Made by a program: the position numbers and the translations under genes
The notes under the pieces: generated by a model
What the model was told of the DNA's origin: nothing
Database searches by the model: none
The model's input: only the letters and a program-made list of their open reading frames with translations
Source of the DNA: an uncultured Chloroflexia bacterium
Lineage (GTDB): Bacteria; Chloroflexota; Dehalococcoidia; DSTF01; JALHUB01
Reading direction: 5' to 3'
Assembly (NCBI GenBank): GCA_963703345.1
Contig: OY969814.1
Location: 2,176,001 to 2,240,000 of the forward strand
DNA: 64,000 nucleotides
Shown: one piece after another, positions 57,994 to 64,000 of the stretch
Layout of the letters: each line of letters starts with the position of its first letter
Position numbering within the stretch: the first letter of the stretch is position 1

Positions 57994-59631
57994 CTAGATG
58001 AGACGGATCGTCTGGCCGGAGGAGTCGACCTGCATGAGCTCTGCGGCCGACACCCGCGGCAGACCGGGCATCGTAACAATGTTACCACAGAGCATGACGA
58101 TGAGCCCGGCGCCGGCGCAGAGGCGGACCTCGTTCACGCGGACTTTGAAGTCGCGGGGAACGCCGCGCAGCTCGGCGTTGTCGGAGAGGGATGCCGGCGT
58201 CTTGGCGACGCAGATGGGCAGGTTGCCGGCGCCCAGCATCTCGATCTGCTCGATGCCTGCGAGCGCCCGGCGGTCGTACTCAACGCCGGATGCACCATAC
58301 ATCCGGATCGCTATCGTTTCCATCTTTTCGCGCACCGGCAGGTCGAGCGGGTAGAGAAAGCGCAGCGACGAGGAGCCTTCGTTCGCGACCTTCATGACGC
58401 CTTCGGCAAGCTCGACGGCGCCAGCGCTGCCCCCAGCAAAGCCATCGCAGACGGTCGCAGCCACGCCCAGCGCCTCGCAGCGTCGCCGCACTTCGTCTAG
58501 CTCCGCGTCGGTGTCGTCGGCGAAGCGATTCATGGCGACGATTGGGACGACGCCGAAGGCGCGCACGTTCTCGACGTGCTTCGCCAAGTTGGCGAAACCG
58601 GCGTCCAGCGATCCGTCACCGTGGTACTTGAGAGCGCGCACGGTTGCCACGACTACGGCGGCGCTCGGCTCGAGCCCGCCGATGCGACACTTGATGTCGA
58701 AGAACTTCTCGGCGCCGAGGTCGGACCCGAAGCCCGCTTCTGCGACAGCATATTCAGTCAGCTTGAGCGCCATGCGCGTGGCGAAGAGCGTGTTGCAGCC
58801 GTGGGCGACGTTGGCGAAGGCGCCGCCGTGAATGAACGCCGGTGTATGGTCGATCGTTTGCACCAGATTGGGCTGAACGGTGTCGCGCAGGAGGATGACC
58901 ATCGCCGCGTCGCCGCTCAACTGCTCGCAAGTGACCGGCTCTCCCTTAAAGGTATAGCCGACGATTATTCGTTTGATCCGCTCGTGCAGGTCCGCCGTGT
59001 CCTGCGAGAGGCTGAGGATGGTCATGACCTCGGACGCAGGCGTTATGTCGAACCCGTCGCGCCGCGGGAAGCCGTTCGCCGTGCCGCCGAGGCCGACGAT
59101 GATGTCGCGAAGAGCGCGGTCGTTCAGGTCGATGACCCGCTTCCAGGTGACGCGGCGGGAGTCGATCTGGAGCGAATTGCCGTAGTAGAGGTGGTTATCG
59201 ATCATGGAGGCGAGGAGGTTGTTCGCCTTCGACACGCCGTACATGTCGCCGGTGAAGTGGAGGTTGATGTCTTCCGCCGGCACCACCTGGGCGTAGCCGC
59301 CGCCGGTCGCGCCGCCCTTCATCCCGAAGTAAGGTCCAAGCGACGGCTCGCGGATGCAGACGCCGGCCTTCTTGCCGAGGCGGCCTATGGCGTCGGCGAG
59401 GCTGATGGCGACGGTGGTCTTCCCTTCGCCGCTGCGGGTGGGGGTGATCGCCGTGATGAGGATGAGCTTGCCGTCGGGTCTGTCGTGGCGCTCCTGGAGG
59501 ATGGAGAGCGGAAGCTTGGCGATGTAGCGGCCGTGCGGGTTGATCGTGTCAGCGTCGAGCCCGAGGGCCCGCGCCACTTCGGCGATCGGCAGCTTCTCGA
59601 CGCTCTGTTCGATTTCCAGGTTCGTCTTCAC
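57994..59631 (-). CDS. fhs: Formate--tetrahydrofolate ligase
   Basis: TPTRSGEGKTT, IREPSLGP, KGGATGGGY, INLHFTGD, EAGFGSDLGAEKF and TMPGLP. GTG start. Confidence 0.96.
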   Translation of the reverse strand: MKTNLEIEQSVEKLPIAEVARALGLDADTINPHGRYIAKLPLSILQERHDRPDGKLILITAITPTRSGEGKTTVAISLADAIGRLGKKAGVCIREPSLGPYFGMKGGATGGGYAQVVPAEDINLHFTGDMYGVSKANNLLASMIDNHLYYGNSLQIDSRRVTWKRVIDLNDRALRDIIVGLGGTANGFPRRDGFDITPASEVMTILSLSQDTADLHERIKRIIVGYTFKGEPVTCEQLSGDAAMVILLRDTVQPNLVQTIDHTPAFIHGGAFANVAHGCNTLFATRMALKLTEYAVAEAGFGSDLGAEKFFDIKCRIGGLEPSAAVVVATVRALKYHGDGSLDAGFANLAKHVENVRAFGVVPIVAMNRFADDTDAELDEVRRRCEALGVAATVCDGFAGGSAGAVELAEGVMKVANEGSSSLRFLYPLDLPVREKMETIAIRMYGASGVEYDRRALAGIEQIEMLGAGNLPICVAKTPASLSDNAELRGVPRDFKVRVNEVRLCAGAGLIVMLCGNIVTMPGLPRVSAAELMQVDSSGQTIRLI

Positions 59632-59825
59632 TCTCGGCCCGCCTGTCTCCGGCAAACGTCGCGTACCAAACGGCATCGGACGCGACGGCTTCGCTTCGTC
59701 GCCGTTAGCATACCGCATAGAGAAGGATACGTTATGATTATCGGATAGAGGAAGGCGCGCCATTCCCCCAGGACGGCGTCGACGGTCGCCCGCGCTTGCG
59801 CGACCTGGTTTGCTATAATCGCCCC

Positions 59826-60959
59826 ATGTTGAATCGGCGTTCCCTTTCACTCGGTTTGGCGGCGCTGGTCGTCCTCTTCGCTGCAGCATGCGGCAGCGGC
59901 GGGCAAACGGCGCCACCTTCGCCCACAGTCGCAATCCCCACGGATACTGCCGTCGCCAGTCCCGAGCAAGTGGCCGCGGCAAGAGCCGTCTTCAGCGTTA
60001 TCGGCGCCAACGAGCCCGGCTGCTCGGTAGCGGTCGGCGAGGATGGCAACGTCGTCTGGGCAGAGGGCTTCGGCCTGGCGAACGTAGAGACGGGCGCGCC
60101 GATAACGCCGGACACCGTCTTCGACATCGCGTCAACGTCGAAGCAGTTCACCGCGACGGCGATCCTGTTGCTCGCTCAGGAGGGGAAGGTCGACCTCGAC
60201 GCTCCGGTGCGACGTTACCTGCCGCAGCTCCCGTCGTGGGCGGACCGCGTGACCTTGCGTCAGATGATGCACCACACGGCCGGCATTCCGGAATTCATCG
60301 GTCTGCTCGAAATGCGCGGCTTCACGATCAGCTTGCCGACGACCGCGGAAGACGCGATGGCGGCGCTGGAAGCGGTCCAGGAGCTCGACTTCGAGCCCGG
60401 CACGCGCTTCAACTATTCGAACTCGAACTACTTCCTCTTGTCGCAGGTGGTCGAAGCCGTTACCGGCCAGACGCTGACGGCGTATCTCCGCGACACTATC
60501 TTCGTGCCGCTGGGCCTGAAGGCGGTGATGGACCCCGTCGCCACGATTCCGGGAAAGGCCGTGCCATACCGCCTGGAGGGCGAAACGTGGATTTCCGACG
60601 CGGTACCCTGGGGGCAAACGGGTTTCAGTGGCGTTCAGACCACCCCGAGCGAGCTCGTGCGCTGGGCCGCTCAGTACTGGGACCCGACCATCGGCGGCGA
60701 GCAATTGCTGGCGGCCCGCAGCGAGGGCGCGGTCCCCTATCCGTTCACCGATTGGCTGTACGGCGCCGGAATCTTCATCGAGCCGACGGATAGCGGCGGG
60801 AAGCTGTTTGAGCATCCCGGCGACTGGGGGGGATACGTGGCGCAGTTGCTCATCCTGCCGGAGGAGCGTCTGGCCGTGGCGGTTTCGTGCAATCGCATCG
60901 AGTCGGTTGACTCGACTGATCTAGCGCGCAAGGTGATGGCTGCTTGGCGCGGCGGGTGA
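59826..60959 (+). CDS. Serine hydrolase (beta-lactamase class C-like) lipoprotein
   Basis: Lipobox FAAAC, SxxK (STSK), YxN (YSN) and HPG. Confidence 0.9.
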   Translation: MLNRRSLSLGLAALVVLFAAACGSGGQTAPPSPTVAIPTDTAVASPEQVAAARAVFSVIGANEPGCSVAVGEDGNVVWAEGFGLANVETGAPITPDTVFDIASTSKQFTATAILLLAQEGKVDLDAPVRRYLPQLPSWADRVTLRQMMHHTAGIPEFIGLLEMRGFTISLPTTAEDAMAALEAVQELDFEPGTRFNYSNSNYFLLSQVVEAVTGQTLTAYLRDTIFVPLGLKAVMDPVATIPGKAVPYRLEGETWISDAVPWGQTGFSGVQTTPSELVRWAAQYWDPTIGGEQLLAARSEGAVPYPFTDWLYGAGIFIEPTDSGGKLFEHPGDWGGYVAQLLILPEERLAVAVSCNRIESVDSTDLARKVMAAWRGG

Positions 60960-61039
60960 GGCCGGCGGGGAAAGCAGGTCGGCGAGATGTGCTAAGTGGC
61001 GGGCCTTGGGTTGGCCGTTCTTGTGCCGTCGGGAACGCG

Positions 61040-61068
61040 TTGACAGGCGTCGAGGGCGGCAATAGAAT
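61040..61068 (+). promoter_or_regulatory. Sigma70 promoter upstream of the tRNA-Gly fragment
   Basis: TTGACA-17 nt-TAGAAT, ending 11 nt before the tRNA 5' end. Confidence 0.8.
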
Positions 61069-61079
61069 TGGGAGCGCGA

Positions 61080-61117
61080 GCGGGAATAGCTCAGTTGGTA
61101 GAGCATCTGCTTCCCAA
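61080..61117 (+). pseudogene. 5' half of tRNA-Gly(CCC), truncated at the end of the anticodon loop
   Basis: GCGGGAA-TA-GCTCAGTTGGTAGAGC-A-TCTGC-TTCCCAA = tRNA positions 1-38. The expected GCAGA, T-arm and acceptor 3' strand do not follow and were not found downstream in the window. Confidence 0.88.
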
Positions 61118-61265
61118 ACATTTGTTCGCTAACGCTGTCCTTCGAACTCGCACACCCTCACCGAAAACCTCACAGTTATCAACTGTTCACGCGCCAGCCG
61201 AATAGCGCATAACTGACCGAAACTGGCGGTCGCTGGGCTTCGCGGGCGCGCGCTTCCTAACCCTG

Positions 61266-61430
61266 CTATGCGGCCCGCGCCCGCTCGTCTGCCGTGAGCA
61301 GCCGCTTTCGCAGTCGCAAGCTCTTCGGCGTCACCTCCAGCATCTCGTCCTCGGCAATCCACTCGAGCGCTTGTTCGAGCGACATTCGCACCACTGGCAA
61401 GAGTTGCACGGCGATGTCGGACGTGGACGA
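61266..61430 (-). pseudogene. typA: 3' fragment of typA/bipA (last ~55 codons)
   Basis: [42 protein letters not shown] matches the TypA C-terminus; the rest of the gene is absent. Confidence 0.8.
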
Positions 61431-61603
61431 GTGCGTATCCCATTTTGGGACTATGGGGCGGTTCATCGGTCGTTGTTCGAGAGCCGCTTTGCAGCAACAA
61501 AACAGTCGCGATACTCCTGCCTAGCCTTCGGGCACGAGCAGGTCAAGCGCCACTCGCTTACTTAAATCCCTGCCTCGTGCGCCTGATTCCGCGGGTCCGT
61601 CAC

Positions 61604-62665
61604 TCAGTTGGGGCCGGCCTTGAAGGCGACGATCTGTCCGCGCCAGTTGGCGGACTGGCCCCCGCTTATTGTCCCGCTTGTAGAGTAGGTGCCGGTCGTG
61701 TAGACGATCAGGTCAGCGGCGCTGTAGTCGTACTTGTTATTGCCATGGCCATAGGTGTCCAGTTCCAGCGTGAACGAGTTCGACCAATCGGTTATGTGGG
61801 CGCCGCCGTCGGACGTGGAGCCGACGACGAGCAACTCGACCGACTGTGCGGTCGTCACGCTGCCCGAAGATGGGCCCCCGTCGTACCCCGTGGCGGAACC
61901 TGTCTGGTCCAGCGGGGATACCGTCTTTATTCCGCTGTATTCCAGGAGGCGAAGGCCGAGATCAGTGGCCGTGCCGACGGTAACGGTGACATTCTTATCG
62001 GCTGAGCCGGACGATATCTTGTAGAAGATAGCCTGACTCGGTGTGCCACTCTCGTTGATGGCACTGGACCAGCCTGAGGGCACGTTGATGACCGTGCTGC
62101 CAAGCCCGCCTACGATTGCGACCAGAAGGTGGTTCGCCACCGGGTTTGGCGAGAACGACGCGGATACGCTTGTCGCACCGCTCGCGTCGCCATCGGCCGT
62201 CTGGATTAGAACCGGGAGCTCCGGCACGATCACCGTCCGCTGGTTGCTCGCCTGGGAGGTCCAGTTGCCGAGCTTGCCTTCGATCTCGTAGCAGTAGTAG
62301 CCTGCGGCGCCGGGAGTGTCAGTGTAGCTCGTCGTGCCGACTGTGGTAACCGTACTGAACGATCCCGGCGGACAGGCGCTTGCCCCGCGGAGGACAATCG
62401 ACTGATTAGACGGATCGCCCGGCGGCGGCGTCCAGGAGAGGGCCACCGTGCCCGTCGCGCCGGCGCCAGAGGGAGTGGGTACAGCCAGCGTGGGCGCGCC
62501 GAGCGAGTTGTTGCCGAGCACGTTGGTGGGGTTGCCGGTCCCAGCATTGATCGAAGCATAAGTGAAGGTAATGGCGTTACTGAGCACGACGACTAGTACT
62601 ACAGTAAGCGCCGTCAGCAATCCCAACAATCGCTTGGCGCTGTTTGTGTTTCGCCCTGGTGGCAC
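61604..62665 (-). CDS. Secreted protein with SipW-type signal peptide, fibronectin-III-like domain and C-terminal beta-rich domain (minor/tip subunit candidate)
   Basis: h-region then TYA|SINAGTGNPTN; VALSWT...TSYTDT...YYCYEI (FN3-like); Ser/Thr-rich C-domain. Confidence 0.7.
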   Translation of the reverse strand: MPPGRNTNSAKRLLGLLTALTVVLVVVLSNAITFTYASINAGTGNPTNVLGNNSLGAPTLAVPTPSGAGATGTVALSWTPPPGDPSNQSIVLRGASACPPGSFSTVTTVGTTSYTDTPGAAGYYCYEIEGKLGNWTSQASNQRTVIVPELPVLIQTADGDASGATSVSASFSPNPVANHLLVAIVGGLGSTVINVPSGWSSAINESGTPSQAIFYKISSGSADKNVTVTVGTATDLGLRLLEYSGIKTVSPLDQTGSATGYDGGPSSGSVTTAQSVELLVVGSTSDGGAHITDWSNSFTLELDTYGHGNNKYDYSAADLIVYTTGTYSTSGTISGGQSANWRGQIVAFKAGPN

Positions 62666-62732
62666 AGCTGTACTCTCTGTGCTAAGTCATATGGCTTAGC
62701 TTGCTCCTGACTTGGGATCGGACTCCCGATGA

Positions 62733-62750
62733 GGGAGGAGTATTCCTCCC
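62733..62750 (-). other. Intergenic stem-loop after the TasA-like gene (no U-tract)
   Basis: Inverted repeat, plus strand GGGAGGA-GTAT-TCCTCCC, about 27 nt after the stop at 62778. Confidence 0.5.
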
Positions 62751-62777
62751 CCTTAGGTTATCGGCGAGTTGTACCTC

Positions 62778-63800
62778 CTATTGAGAGGCGTACCAGACGA
62801 GGTCGGTCTGAGATTGGCAGCCCTGGTAGGGATTATCAGCGGTCGTGTCGAGGTTCACGTTGATTGTGAAGACCGAGCTATCGTTAGCGACCCATTGGTC
62901 GGTGGTGCCGCTACCGTTCGTCCCGCCCTTCAAGTGCAACACAGCGCCCGTCCCGCTGTAGGTCGTGGCGAAGCCGGACAGAGTGCCGTAGCCAGAGCCG
63001 CTGGTTGGGTAGATGATCGTGCTGCCCTGCTTGATTTGAAGGTTGAGCTTGGAGGCGGGATTGGTCGCGGTGCAGAGGGAGGAGCTGCCGGCGGCCTTGC
63101 TGGAGTAGTTCGCCGCGTAAATCCCGAACGTGCCCGTCGTGATGCTGCCGAGGTAGGTGATCGTGACGGTATTGCTCTTGTCCGCCGCGCCGGGAATGAA
63201 GTTCGTTGATGACAAGCTGAATATGGTGGCGCAGGTGCCGTTGTTTGTGCCGGTGCTACAGTTGCTGCCGCTGACCACGGTCCCGGCGACGTTCGTCATG
63301 GTGAGTGAGCTGTTCCCGAAAGCGTTGTTGGGGTTGGTGGTCTGGGCGTTGAAGCTGGCCAGCGAGCGCATTCCGATTGACGCGCCAACGAGCAGAACGA
63401 TGAAGGCTGTGATGATGAGTCTTGTTCTTGCCAGGGACAGTATCCTGAGGGGCAAACCATGCCTTTCCCTGCTCCGAGGTCTTTCTGGTTGCTTATCGGA
63501 TGGCCTTCTGGTTCTTGTTCTGAATAGGATGCCGACTGGAAGGAAAGCGGTGGGGGCGAGCCTTGCTCTTGTTTGGGATAGTATCCCAATTAGAACGGAA
63601 GCCCTGGGGGCGAGCCTTGCTCTTGTTCGAGATAGTGTCTCGAATAGTATCTCGACTCGAACGGAAGCAGTGAGGATGAGCCTTGCTCTTGTTCGAGATA
63701 GTATCCCGACGGGCCGCGGCCGGGGCAAGCCGTATCCCTCGTTGCTCCGAAGTCTTCTTGACCGCTTGTCATCGGAAGGTCTTCTTTTTCGGGACAGCAT
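62778..63800 (-). CDS. TasA/camelysin-like SipW-dependent secreted filament subunit; start uncertain (ATG 63800 or TTG 63455)
   Basis: h-region then SLA|SFNAQTTNPNNAFGNSSL; NFIPG....VTITYLGS; C-terminal ADNPYQG.....LVWYASQ; four Cys. Confidence 0.75.
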   Translation of the reverse strand: MLSRKRRPSDDKRSRRLRSNEGYGLPRPRPVGILSRTRARLILTASVRVEILFETLSRTRARLAPRASVLIGILSQTRARLAPTAFLPVGILFRTRTRRPSDKQPERPRSRERHGLPLRILSLARTRLIITAFIVLLVGASIGMRSLASFNAQTTNPNNAFGNSSLTMTNVAGTVVSGSNCSTGTNNGTCATIFSLSSTNFIPGAADKSNTVTITYLGSITTGTFGIYAANYSSKAAGSSSLCTATNPASKLNLQIKQGSTIIYPTSGSGYGTLSGFATTYSGTGAVLHLKGGTNGSGTTDQWVANDSSVFTINVNLDTTADNPYQGCQSQTDLVWYASQ

Positions 63801-63804
63801 CCTG
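63415..63804 (-). repeat. Six degenerate direct repeats with palindromic cores
   Basis: Plus-strand consensus GAGCCTTGCTCTTGTTSGRGATAGTATCYCRA, anchored at 63426, 63513, 63567, 63621, 63687 and 63783. Confidence 0.85.
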
Positions 63805-63841
63805 CCTGGCCTGTGCAACTGCGGCAGCCACCCACATGGGC

Positions 63842-64000
63842 TTACCTTGCCCCTGACCTCCGCGGTAACCTACGGGGCAGCCACACCGGTATGAGCATTG
63901 TAAGACCAAGAGCCAGGATGGGCACGTCGATCACAGACAGCGGCCCCAGGCTCAACGCTCCGACAGACATAAGGTAGCCGATGTAGGGAAAGTGGGATAC
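63842..64000 (-). CDS. 3' end of a signal peptidase I, SipW/S26B type (truncated by window edge)
   Basis: Translation VSHFPYIGYL followed by a TM segment and a basic tail; PYxGY is typical of SipW C-termini. Lies directly upstream of two SipW-type substrates. Confidence 0.6.
   Translation of the reverse strand, partial: VSHFPYIGYLMSVGALSLGPLSVIDVPILALGLTMLIPVWLPRRLPRRSGAR

Larger units (their letters stand above)
61118..64000. mobile_element. Probable left end of an integrated genomic island
   Basis: Starts at the broken tRNA anticodon loop, carries a typA scrap and accessory surface genes, and has visibly lower GC. No integrase is in the window. Confidence 0.5.

Noticed and set aside
61202-61229. 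dif-like site (GCGCATAA resembles a XerC arm)
   Set aside because: No XerD arm (TTATGTTAAAT) at the 6-bp spacing.
63415-63804. CRISPR array interpretation of the palindromic repeats
   Set aside because: Repeats are degenerate, intervening segments are related to each other and of irregular length, the frame is preserved, and no cas genes are in the window.
61080-64000. Intron-containing tRNA-Gly
   Set aside because: No 3' exon in the remaining 2.9 kb, the break follows A rather than the U needed for a group I 5' splice site, and no intron core is recognisable. Cannot be fully excluded beyond the window.

Overview
A GC-rich bacterial chromosomal segment. Gene content suggests Chloroflexota, probably Dehalococcoidia-like; this is inferred from the 11-subunit Nuo, the split archaeal-type glutamate synthase and the Fhs/MetF pair, not from a search. 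About 1-61 kb is mostly core and metabolic genes: sugar-nucleotide enzymes, a three-gene glutamate synthase, thiolase, a HAD-GH65-USP-ferritin operon, valS, nuoABCDHIJKLMN, a glnR-like/amt/amt/glnA nitrogen cluster, PadR plus ABC exporter, an EF-G paralog, a MetF-MetV fusion and fhs. Three lower-GC orphan genes are interspersed: a HEPN-motif protein, a DUF4268-type protein and an NB-ARC/TPR NLR-like protein with near-identical 120-bp repeats. At 61080 a promoter-driven tRNA-Gly(CCC) breaks off right after its anticodon loop, and a 3' scrap of typA follows. A probable island then begins, encoding a SipW-type peptidase and two secreted proteins that share an N-terminal donor-strand-like motif (TasA/TapA-like filament). 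The major subunit carries an unusual in-frame array of palindromic repeats. Other highlights are phased GlnR-box arrays before both amt copies and non-canonical HIGH/KMSKS motifs in ValRS. All calls come from motif recognition by eye; no database searches were run.
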